Below are positions 1 through 9,462 of a stretch of DNA of 64,000 bases, piece by piece. This stretch comes from Narcine bancroftii (lineage: Eukaryota): contig NC_091471.1 of NCBI RefSeq assembly GCF_036971445.1, forward strand, positions 237,150,001-237,214,000. Reading direction: 5' to 3'. The position numbers and the translations under genes were made by a program. Position 1 is the first letter of the stretch, and each line of letters begins with the position of its first letter. The notes below the pieces were generated by a model. That model saw only the letters and a list, made by a program, of their open reading frames with translations, was not told the DNA's origin and did not search any database.

Positions 1-519
1 CTGTGCTCCTCCTCCTCTAGCCTCTTGCACGGACAGTTTCCATCTTTACCACTGAGGCCCAACTTGTTTCACTTTTATTTTGATCCTCAAAACCCATGTT
101 TTCTTGACAAATTCTTTGGTGCCCTTCTTGTAGCCCAAATTCAAATTTAGTTGTTAAAATTCGTGTGAGAAGTTTTGGCATTTTGCCACATTAAATGGAC
201 TTTTTAGATGGAAGAAATGATTGAAAACAAACTATTCCTAGCCCAATACAACAGGTTTCCTTTATTCACAACTTTGCACATCCTTAACATGTGCTCCACC
301 CTTAATAAAAATGATCATCTATGAATTGGGATATTTATGTATGGAGAGGCATCAGAGTTCAGCCTGATCCTATCCTAGCCTGACACTCCTCAATGCTTTC
401 AAGCAAGATTTATGGTTCTTGATTAGGAATGGCTGATGTAGTCTTTTAAACGTGAACAAAACAGAACAAGATTCAAATTTGATCCCTGTCATTAACTCTC
501 ATTTGCCATGAGGGACATC

Positions 520-850
520 AGAATCACAATGGGTATTTTGTCATGAACCTGTGTCATGAAATGTGTTGTTTTGTGGCAGCATTACAGGTGCAAAAATTGC
601 TATAAATTACATTTAAAAACGTTAAAAATAAATTAATTAGTGGAAAAGAAGAGAAAAATGAGATCATGCTGTGGTTCATTGCCATTCAGAAATCTGATGG
701 TGGAGGGGAAGAAGTTTTTGTAACGTTGGGTGCTCGTCTTCTGGCTCCTGTACATTTCTTCTTGATGGTTGCAGTGAGAAGAGGGAATGACCTGGGTGGT
801 GAGGCTCCTTGAGGATAGAGGCTGCTTTCTTGAGACACCATCTCTTGCTG
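520..850 (-). mobile_element. Rex1/Babar-type LINE, 3' fragment
   Basis: Minus-strand translation KRWCLKKAASILKEPHHPGHSLFSL matches the typical Rex/Babar ORF C-terminus, followed by the family 3' tail also seen at 14600-14750. Boundaries approximate. Confidence 0.6.
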
Positions 851-1159
851 ATCAGACTATGGTAGAGGGATATTGCAGATGAGGGAGGGGTAGGTTGGGT
901 AACCAAGTGTTTTCCTCAGAAACATTTAACATTTCAATTTCAGATTGTCATGGATTTCTAATCTACTGTGAATTTCATCAATAAACAAATACATTGGTAC
1001 AACTAAAACAAAAAAAAATTAATGTATGTAGCCTAAAAATAACCACTCATTCAACTAGTAATTTAAAAAAATATTTGCCACATGAACCCCATCAGTACTC
1101 ACAGTGGCTCCATCTTGTATCATCTCCCTATAAAAATAAAGAAACTTCAGATACCTCAC

Positions 1160-1272
1160 CTTAAATCAACTTCAGTGCAGAGTTTCTTCTTGCAACCACT
1201 TGTTTGTGGCTTGTTTTTGTTCATGCTTTCCTTCAAGTGTTCACAACTGTAATCTTTATCAGCCATTTTAAT
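1160..1272 (-). CDS. Candidate coding exon (IKMADKDYSCEHLKESMNKNKPQTSGCKKKLCTEVDL) of a gene leaving the window to the left; possibly SYCE2 exon 2
   Basis: Acceptor ctcctgcttttAG (1273-1275), 113-nt open frame with AAAATGG Kozak at 1266, donor AG|GTGAGG (1154-1159). Identity inferred only from mammalian FARSA-SYCE2 synteny, not from sequence recognition. Confidence 0.4.
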
Positions 1273-1829
1273 CTAAAAGCAGGAGTTTAACAGTTTCATC
1301 AGATATGATCAAACCATACTGGTGATTCAATCAACTTTCATTTTTATGCAATATGCTCCTCTCTATATATGATTGTCCGATGGTATATTACAAAATCCTG
1401 GGTCCGAGCACAATTTGGTACTTCTCTCAATTGATAACTTCTGGTGATGTTCGTCAGCATATGAATTAATCGATCAGGAAACCTGGGTTCCACCCCCACC
1501 CTTCCATGGCAAATTAAGAATTGACCTGGGGCCTCCCTTGTCAATATTGCCCTCTGGGAGAGTGGTTATCACCGAGTTAGCTCCAGGCTTCCCAGAATAT
1601 AAATAGAATCTTTCACCACCTCAGATACAAACTGACAGTGGTTTACAAATTTAGCACCATAGCCCCAAGAAGGAAAATGGAAGTGGAAATTTTCCGAAGG
1701 AGACAGCACATGAATAATAAGCTGAATAGACTCCTTCTGAGTTCATTCAGCCTGTCATTCATATACTCTCTTCTGAACTGTCAGATTCTATGTGGTAATT
1801 AATATACAATTTTGATTTGCTTACTCTGA

Positions 1830-2325
1830 AGGGAATGAAGAGGAGTTTCACTAGATTGATTCCAGAGATGAAGGGGTTGGCCTATGAGGGGAGATTGAGT
1901 CGTCTGAGACTGTACTCACTGGAATTTAGAAGAATGAGGGGATCTTATAGAAACGTATAAAATTATGGAAGGATTAGATAGATAGATGTAGGGTACGTTG
2001 TTTCCACTGGTGAGTGAGACAAGAACTAGAGAACGTTGCTTCAAGATTCAGGGTAGAAGATTTAGGACAGAGATGAGGAGGAACTTCTTTTCCCAGAGGG
2101 TGGTGAATCTGGAATTTGCTGCCCATTGAAGTAGTGGAGGCAACCTCAGTAAATATATTTAAGTCAAGGTTGGATAGATTTTTACTGAGTAGGGGAATGA
2201 AGGGATAATGGGGAAAAGGCAGGTAAGTGGAGATGAACCTATCATCAGATCAGCTGTGATCCAACTGAATGGTGGAGGAGGATTGACGGGCCAGATGGCT
2301 GTCTCCTGCTCCTATTTCTTATGTT
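1830..2325 (+). mobile_element. CR1-clade LINE (HER1-like) 3' fragment
   Basis: Typical CR1 3' motifs (..AGATTGAGTCGTCTG..TACTCACTGGAATTTAGAAGAATGAGGGG..; GTGGTGAATCTGGAAT; GATCAGCTGTGATC..GAATGGTGGAG..CTCCTGCTCCTATTTCTTATG tail). Confidence 0.75.
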
Positions 2326-2406
2326 TGCTGTACGTTTGGAACCAAATAAGCCCTCTATGCAATCCCAGCATTCAAATTACTGAGTTATTTGGTATTCCCA
2401 AGCCTT

Positions 2407-2650
2407 TTAGACATACAGCACGATTACAGACGATTTCGGCCCATGACTCCTTGCCACCCAATTTACACCCAATTAACCTACAACCCCGGTAGTTTCGAAC
2501 AGTGGCAGGAAACTGGAGCTCCCAGGGAAAACTCACACAAACATAGGGCGAATGTACAAACTCCTTACAGACAGTGCAGGCTTTGAACCCCGGTTCTGAT
2601 CGCTGGCACTGTAAAGGCGATGCGAGAATTGCTATGCCAAACGTGCTGCC
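2407..2650 (-). mobile_element. tRNA-derived V-SINE (HE1-like)
   Basis: Reverse complement has a tRNA-like head with GGGTTCAAA B-box and the V-domain core TGTAAGGAGTTTGTACATTC..GGGAGCTCCAGTTTCCTGCCAC; at least 7 related copies in the window. Confidence 0.75.
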
Positions 2651-3776
2651 CTCATTAATGTCTTTCCAGCCAATGCAACTTAGAAAGATCAGAATCACTT
2701 TCACACTCATTGAAACACAGACAAAAGATAATTTTGAAACACCCCCTTCAAAGCCCCAAATGATACAACCAGAAATACAATTTTCCTCCAATATGACAAC
2801 TTTGTCAGCTTTCTGCCTTCCAGGATTTCATTTTTTATCGTCTTTTGTTCACATGTAAGATCTGGGCACCCTCGCAAAGCTAAAATTAATTACCATGAGC
2901 AAGAAACCAAGAAACCAAAAAAAAACATAGACAACCCACATTGCTGTGGCTCCAACATTCAGGCCAGACAGCGACTAGCACATTTCCTTTTCGAATAATG
3001 CAACAATTTCTCAATTAGTGAGAAGCTTTTCAATTGCTGATTTATGAGATTATTGAGCTCAAAATTTATCTTTTTGATGTAGCTAATATATTTCTAATGA
3101 TAGGGGTTAAAATGATAGTGGTGTTAAAATGAAAGATCATTGGGCAAAAAGTGTGCACTGTTTATTTCCAGCATTTTCTGTTCCATACAAATGTTTACAC
3201 CTCTGGACTGGAATTAGGAGGCCTGAATCAATGATCAGAGACAGAAGTTTCCATTTCACAATGGAAGCCAAGGAGTTTAACTTCAATGGCAGTGATAATC
3301 CTGTTCCAGGGTCTCGCCCTGCCTGAAACACTAGCCTCCAGCAAGTTCCTGCAGCCGTTATTTTTTGCTCCTCTATCAGCATTTGCACTGCTGCATATGA
3401 TAGCTGCTGATACTGATGTGATTACAGACTCACAGAAATGTGGTGGACTGAATTGCTCTCTGAAGCGACCCAGAAAGGCACCCACAACCAACTATCAATG
3501 ATGCTGTGTTCAGGTTAGCCAAGGTTATGGCACAGGTTTGGGTTAGGGTGGAGGGGCTCCGAGGTTAGGATTGGGGGTCCCGGTTTAGGATTGGGGATCA
3601 GGGGTGGCCAAGGCGGCCGTGAGGTTTAACCCCGTGTCCAGGTGGATGCGGTCCTGCTCCGGCCGCCCCCCCCGCCTTCCGCGGCACCAGCCTCGGCGCA
3701 TCTGCTCACCATCCGGCGTGCGCCAAGGCCCGCAGGGTCCGCCCCGCTGCCCCCGCCAAGGCCCGTTGCTAAGGGC

Positions 3777-4019
3777 CGCGCCCCCCTCACCTGCCTGACG
3801 TCGCGCGCCCCCCTCACCTGCCTGACGTCGCGCGCCCCCCTCACCTGCCTGACGTCGCGCGCCCCCCTCACCTGCCTGACGTCGCGCGCCCCCCTCACCT
3901 GCCTGACGTCGCGCGCCCCCCTCACCTGCCTGACGTCGCGCGCCCCCCTCACCTGCCTGACGTCGCGCGCCCCCCTCACCTGCCTGACGTCGCGCGCCCC
4001 CCTCACCTGCCTGACGTCG
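3777..4019. repeat. Perfect minisatellite, 9 x 27 bp (CGCGCCCCCCTCACCTGCCTGACGTCG)
   Basis: Directly visible; 243 bp = 9 identical units, no spacers. Confidence 0.97.
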
Positions 4020-4090
4020 CGCACCCCCAACCCTGTGCACGCACCGCTCGTGGAACTCGGGCTATTTGGCCTTTCTACGTCACGGGGCCC

Positions 4091-4104
4091 GTGGCCATGG
4101 CAAC
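4091..4104. promoter_or_regulatory. RFX X-box GTGGCCATGGCAAC
   Basis: 13/14 match to the canonical palindrome GTTGCCATGGCAAC, inside the CpG island and next to ACGTCA (CRE half-site, 4077-4082). Confidence 0.6.
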
Positions 4105-4247
4105 GCGTTGGTGGAGTGATGAGGTCCCGGGCCCACCCGGGGACCAGGAGGTTGGCAGCTGCCCCATCCCCTCCACCGGGCAAACCTCGCCGCTGGTCAG
4201 TGGCCAGCCCCTGCAATGAGTGGATCTTCAGGGTGGCCTGGAGCCAG

Positions 4248-4318
4248 CAGAGGTACCTGGACCTGCCCCTGGAGCCCTGGCAGAGGTACCTGGACCTGCC
4301 CCTGGAGCCCTGGCAGAG
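4248..4318. repeat. Tandem duplication, 2.2 x 33 bp
   Basis: CAGAGGTACCTGGACCTGCCCCTGGAGCCCTGG at 4248 and 4281, partial at 4314. Confidence 0.9.
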
Positions 4319-4450
4319 ATTCTTCCCTTGGACAGACCCAGAATGTGCCCAAATCGGACCCCAGTGGTTCCCGAACAGTAGGTCATACATGTCCCATGTG
4401 GGCCACAGAGACTTCCCACCCCACTGTGGCCCGCATGGGTCTAGGGTATT

Positions 4451-4549
4451 GTCTCTGTCCTCCCGGGTGACTGTGGGTGGGGTGGCGAGCAATCCCCCAC
4501 ATCGTGTCTCTGTCCTCCCGGGTGACCATGGGTGGGGTGGCGAGCAATC
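4451..4549. repeat. Imperfect direct repeat, period 55 bp
   Basis: GTCTCTGTCCTCCCGGGTGAC(TG/CA)TGGGTGGGGTGGCGAGCAATC at 4451 and 4506. Confidence 0.85.
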
Positions 4550-4814
4550 TGCCACTGAGTTCATCTCCCAATACAAGCACTCAGTCACCATTCCTAACAG
4601 ACCTCCACACAACACATTCACATTGATTCATACATGTGTTTTGTCTTCTTACCGCTTGTTGTTCTTCACTTCTGTGGACTCCTAGAAAGGTGGTAATCTC
4701 TACCAATCCTACTGGACAGGATTCCATTGGGGCTTTAACAATCATATCTGCACCTAGAATCATTTGTATTGGGGAAAGTCTCTATAGATATAACACCGAT
4801 GTTGCTCACAAAAT

Positions 4815-5165
4815 AGCAAAACACAAGAACACAATAAAGAGGAGCAGGAGTCGTCCATCCAGACCTTCAAGCCTGTTCTTTCGTTCAATGAAATAATGGC
4901 CGATCTGATGATGGGCTCATCTCCAACTACCTGCCTTTTCCCCATATCCCTTAATTCCCTTACTCTGTAAAAATCTATTCAACCTTGTCTTAAATATATT
5001 TATTGAGGTCTCCTCCACTGGTTCAATGGGCAGTGAATTCCAGATTCACTATTCTCTGGGAAAAGCAGTTCCTCCTCATCTCCATCCTAAATCTACTACC
5101 CTGAATCTTGAGGCTCCATCAATGGAAACAATTTATCTACCTCTATTTTATCTATGGCTTTCAAA
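4815..5165 (-). mobile_element. CR1-clade LINE 3' fragment
   Basis: Reverse complement closely matches 2000-2325; both give the MGKRQV..GDEPIIRSA pseudo-ORF. Confidence 0.75.
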
Positions 5166-8046
5166 ATACTTCCAGCAATAGTGCTGTTGATAATACTCGA
5201 AATCAGAAGTTTGTAGGTGTAATTCCAAAGAGCTAAGCACAAAAATGTACATCAGAAGTTCAGTGTGATATGACAGCAGCTCAGGCTGTTGTAAAAAGCT
5301 TCAGGGTGAGAGCTTAAACCAAGGACCACATTTAAATACCCAAAACAACACTTCAGTCGTGACATTGGTCTCTGCCCCTCAGGTTGGGAACTTCCTTGAC
5401 CACTTTTAATCTTCTCAGGATGTGTGTTGGATAATTTAAAGCAAGTACATACTCTTGGTGTTTCCTGCAGCAATATTGGCTGTTGATGAGGATCTCAGGC
5501 TGAGATTACAAGCCAAATTGTCTTTGAACGCCCCGAGAATCTGTTTCCATCAGCTTGAGTTAAACAAGAAAGTCTGCAGGTCACGCAGCAACTGTATGAA
5601 GTAAAAGGCAATGTTTCAGGACTGAGCCCCTCGTCGGGAAAGAGAACAGACTACTAACCTTGCCTATAACGATAAGGCTATATTTGATCAGCCATGATCT
5701 CATTGAATGGCAGAGCAGGCTTGACAGGCTGGGTGGCCGACTCCCGCTCCTATTTCTTAATGTTTTTGTGTTCTAACCTGTGATTCCCACTGCCTCCCTG
5801 ACTGTGGAAATATTCATTTTATCATCATTGCAATACCACACTAGACTCTGGGATTTAAATATTCCTGTAGATTTCATACTGTAAAAACCTCAGGTCAGAT
5901 TCTTCTTCACAAATCAAATCAATTTCCAACATTTTATTGCACTCTGATTACATTTTCACGCTTACAGCATGAAATGCGTTACTGAACCAAAAGGTGTTTG
6001 TCTTCTCCCTGCTGCTAACAGTCTGTTAAGATGTTGTGTCACTCCACTGACTGGAAGCTTCCAGAATAAGATTGTGTCAATGATGTGCTGAGTTCTGGCA
6101 GGGGCTGCAGCAGCAGCAAGCCAGTGGTGTGAGAAGTAAGGTGTCTGAAATGAACAAAACCAGCCACTGTCTATCACAGCCGAAGACGCCCATGTCCTTT
6201 ACACACCTAAACCCCAAACCATTTCCACCTCCCTACAGGGCAGCTGTGGGATGGAATACTCACTAAAAAACACTCAATGCTGTCAGGGCTTCAAACGTTA
6301 ATGACCAAGTTGATCAGCACCACATCACCACCCTTGGCATTAAGTTCCACAACCATCGGTACAGTGACTGTCTACAGAATGCTCATTACTGTGACAACTC
6401 CATCCACTCTGGCAACCATCATCACCAACGGGGCAAGAGCAATTGGTGCACGAGAACTACCTGCAGATTCTCCGGGTCACTCACTGTAATGGTCGGAATA
6501 TATTCACAGCCCTGATCATTGCTGGGTCTAAACCTGTAATTTCCCACCCAAAAGCACTGCAGGACTACCCTTACCAGAGGGACTACATCAGTTCAAGATG
6601 TTGTGCCTATTAGTGAAGGGTTTTGTGCTCTGGGATCTGAGGTGGTTTGTTAAAGGGAGGAGAGAATGGGAGTGGGGAGGGAGTTCCAAAGCATTGCCAT
6701 CGATGACGGGGCACAAGAACAGCACTTCCTCAGAACAATAACATTAGAACATGGATCAAGCCAAGTACATCAGCACCCGTCATCTTTCAAAGGGATTGAG
6801 TCAGACTAATGAGCAGCCTGGATGAGCTCCCATTCCCTTCACCAATCCATCTAAATTAATGGTAGATGTTTCAGTTTGATCTGCCACTTCCAGAAATTAA
6901 CTTTACACCCCTCTTGCCCCTCAGTTTCTGGAAATGTGAACCTATTCTATCTTTTCTGAATTATAAATACTTCAATCAAATGACATTATTCTTTTGAAAA
7001 ATAATTTTCAAAACGTTTCTGCACATTTATATTTCCTCCTACCCAAAGCATCCTGCTGAATTTACATTGTACTCTATCTGAAGCCTTACTGTCCCAATTT
7101 ACAGTCCAACGATTTTACCGAGGTCTCTAAGTAAGATTCTTTTCAGGCTCTTTGTCATGCCTTTTAATTCTGCACATCAAGCTGGGAAATCCAGTGAGTG
7201 GCGCAGAATAGTCATAGAATGGTAGAGTGCAGAGAGCAGCTGTCTGGTACCTCCCATTGATAGCCAGTTGCCAAAGTCTCAACCACCGTGGTGGTTTTCC
7301 TTCTAAATCCTAATTGTTCCCCTTTGAAAGACATGAATAAACTTCTTTCACCCCATCCTTTAAGCAAGTTTAATCAAACTGACAGTTTTCTGCATTAAAA
7401 CTAATTCTCCTTGCCTCCTGATCCTATACAATTTCCTCAAAACCATGCTGTCTGTCTATAACCAGAAGCATTTCCCTTCTTACTCATGAAAGCATTTCAT
7501 GATTTTGAGCACTCATTAAATTTCTCACTAGCCTTTGGTTGAACAGTACTACAGAAGATTAAACAACTATGAACTTCTTATTGATTTTTTTTTCTTTTTG
7601 GCAAGCAATAGAACAGGCAATTATAGAAGTGGAAGAAAATATAATGATAAAATTCATTTGAAAGTGAATATCATTGATATGTAAAGGCAGGTGAGAATAG
7701 AAGTGTCAAGACAGAACATTGCAAAGGAACTGACAACAGAGTTGTGGTATCCTCCTGTGAGTATCACCAGGAACTCGGGAAGGTTCCAATTTCAAGTATT
7801 TTAATCGATGTGATTGGTGGTGGCATGAGAGGCATGAAAATTGACTTCATCGTCCCATATACAGAAGAGGTGAAATCATTTTCTCCCCTCCCCCCTTCAA
7901 TGCTGCAGTTCAAACAAGTGTACACCAGGTGACAAAAGGACGAAGCCTCATTGTGATGCCCTGGGTCCAGCAAGCTGCCAGCACTCACTGCCCAGGTGTC
8001 CCCATGAAGGCCTGTGCCAACTGTAAGCCTGCTAGCACCTGTGGCA

Positions 8047-9462
8047 ATGGAGAAGGTGCCAGAGCCAGCATCCATGGAAGACAAGGACCAGGCAGTAACA
8101 CCTGCTGAAGCAGAGGAAGAGGAGGGGAAACCTGAGGAGGCAGCGAAAGAGGAGGCAGAGCCCAAGGAAGCAGCGAAGGAAGAGGCAGTGCCTGAGGAAG
8201 CGGAGGAAGCAGTGAAAGAGGAAGCAGAGCCTGAGGAAGCAGCGAAAGAGGAGACAGCGCCTGAGGAAGCAGAGCCCAAGAAAGCAGCGAAAGAGGCTGA
8301 GCCCGAGGAAGCAGCGAAGGAGGAGGCAGAGACTGAGGAAGCAGTAAAAGAGGAGGCAGTGCCCGAGGAAGCAGTGAAAGAGGAGACAGCACCTGAGGAA
8401 GCAGAGCCCGAGGAAGCAGCGAAAGAGGCAGAGCCCGAGGAAGCAGCGAAGGAGGAGGCAGTGCCCGAGGAAGCAGAGGAAGCAGTGAAAGAGGAAGCAG
8501 AGCCTGAGGAAGCAGCGAAAGAGGAGACAGCGCCTGAGGAAGCAGAGCCCAAGGAAGCAGCGAAAGAGGCTGAGCCCGAGGAAGCAGCGAAGGAGGAGGC
8601 AGAGACTGAGGAAGCAGTAAAAGAGGAGGCAGTGCCCGAGGAAGCAGTGAAAGAGGAGACAGCACCTGAGGAAGCAGAGCCCGAGGAAGCAGTGAAAGAG
8701 GAGGCAGTGCCCGAGGAAGCAGCGAAAGAGGCAGAGCCCGAGGAAGCAGCGAAGGAGGAGGCAGTGCCCGAGGAAGCAGTGAAAGAGGAGGCAGTGCCCG
8801 AGGAAGCAGTGAAAGAGGAGGCAGTGCCCGAGGAAGCAGTGAAAGAGGAGGCAGTGCCCGAGGAAGCAGTGAAAGAGGAGGAAGGGCAAACGTGTCCAAA
8901 ACCACAGCCATCAGAAGACAGCACTGGTGAGAAAGCAAAGCCAGCACACGAGGAAAAAGCTGATAAAACTACACTGACAGGAGGCACTTGTGCAAAACCT
9001 ACACCAGAAGACAGAACGAAACAAAAAACAGAACAAGCAGACGAAAATACCTGTGGAAAGCAACAACCAGAAGAGAATAGGAGTGAGAAAGCAAAGGCAA
9101 CCCAAGGTGCTCCCTGTTCTACAGCAAATCTTGCTACAGCTACAGTTGGAGGCTGTAAATTCAAACCACCTGCAGACAGCTGTTCTACAAACAATGAGGC
9201 AGCTCCAGGCAGTCCCTGTGAAAAAGCAAACCCAGCAAGACCCTGTGACTGTCAATTCAAATCAGCAGACGTCAGCTCCCCAGCTGCCATTAACTCCAGG
9301 GGAAAATCAAAACCTACCCAATGCTGGGGAACTGAGCAGCCAGCAGAAATCTGTGCCTGTGGAAAACCAAAGGCAGCTGCAGCCAAAACCTGTGGAAGTT
9401 CACCCAGAGGCATTTGTGGCTCCAAACCAGTGGGCAAAACTTGTGGGAAACCAAGACAATAG
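8047..9462 (+). CDS. Uncharacterised acidic E/A/K/P-repeat protein with Cys-rich C-terminus (471 aa), single coding exon
   Basis: Strong Kozak GCAATGG at 8047; frame stays open through ~580 nt of non-repetitive sequence after the repeat; much repeat variation is synonymous in this frame (CCT/CCC, GAA/GAG, AAA/AAG); pyrimidine tract + CAG acceptor at 7908 and AAG|GTAAAG donor at 9476. Confidence 0.65.
   Translation: MEKVPEPASMEDKDQAVTPAEAEEEEGKPEEAAKEEAEPKEAAKEEAVPEEAEEAVKEEAEPEEAAKEETAPEEAEPKKAAKEAEPEEAAKEEAETEEAVKEEAVPEEAVKEETAPEEAEPEEAAKEAEPEEAAKEEAVPEEAEEAVKEEAEPEEAAKEETAPEEAEPKEAAKEAEPEEAAKEEAETEEAVKEEAVPEEAVKEETAPEEAEPEEAVKEEAVPEEAAKEAEPEEAAKEEAVPEEAVKEEAVPEEAVKEEAVPEEAVKEEAVPEEAVKEEEGQTCPKPQPSEDSTGEKAKPAHEEKADKTTLTGGTCAKPTPEDRTKQKTEQADENTCGKQQPEENRSEKAKATQGAPCSTANLATATVGGCKFKPPADSCSTNNEAAPGSPCEKANPARPCDCQFKSADVSSPAAINSRGKSKPTQCWGTEQPAEICACGKPKAAAAKTCGSSPRGICGSKPVGKTCGKPRQ
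8131..8880 (+). repeat. Coding minisatellite: ~30-nt unit (EEAVPEEAVK) with a 273-nt higher-order duplication
   Basis: Landmarks recur at 8251/8524 and 8281/8554 (period 273 nt = 91 aa); last four 30-nt units are identical. Confidence 0.92.

Larger units (their letters stand above)
3590..4160. promoter_or_regulatory. CpG island / probable promoter and first exon
   Basis: Very GC- and CpG-rich compared with CpG-poor flanks; GC boxes (CCGCCCC); minus-strand donor GCCGGATG|GTGAGC at 3704-3712; CRE half-sites and an X-box. Confidence 0.7.

Noticed and set aside
1-130. Possible further minus-strand coding exon at the window edge
   Set aside because: No convincing acceptor or recognisable translation; truncated by the window.
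3515-3630. Interstitial telomere-like GGTTAG motifs
   Set aside because: Only one exact TTAGGG and scattered degenerate copies; not a true array.
3777-4019. CRISPR-like array
   Set aside because: Units are contiguous with no unique spacers, there are no cas genes, and the DNA is vertebrate.
3585-4685. Long ORFs on both strands (347, 331, 151 aa)
   Set aside because: Explained by high GC and a stop-free 27-bp repeat; no recognisable protein.
8004-8965. Multi-UGA selenoprotein in the frame starting at 7956/8004 (ACC TGA GGA resembles ACC TGT GGA)
   Set aside because: The TGAs arise from CCT GAG in the Glu-rich frame and alternate with CGA where Pro is CCC (synonymous there); no SECIS was recognised by eye. 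A SECISearch run would settle it.
7764-9194. Minus-strand Ser/Ala-, Leu/Pro- and Cys/Phe/Leu-rich ORFs
   Set aside because: Antisense shadows of the purine-rich repeat; synonymous variation, Kozak context and splice signals favour the + frame.
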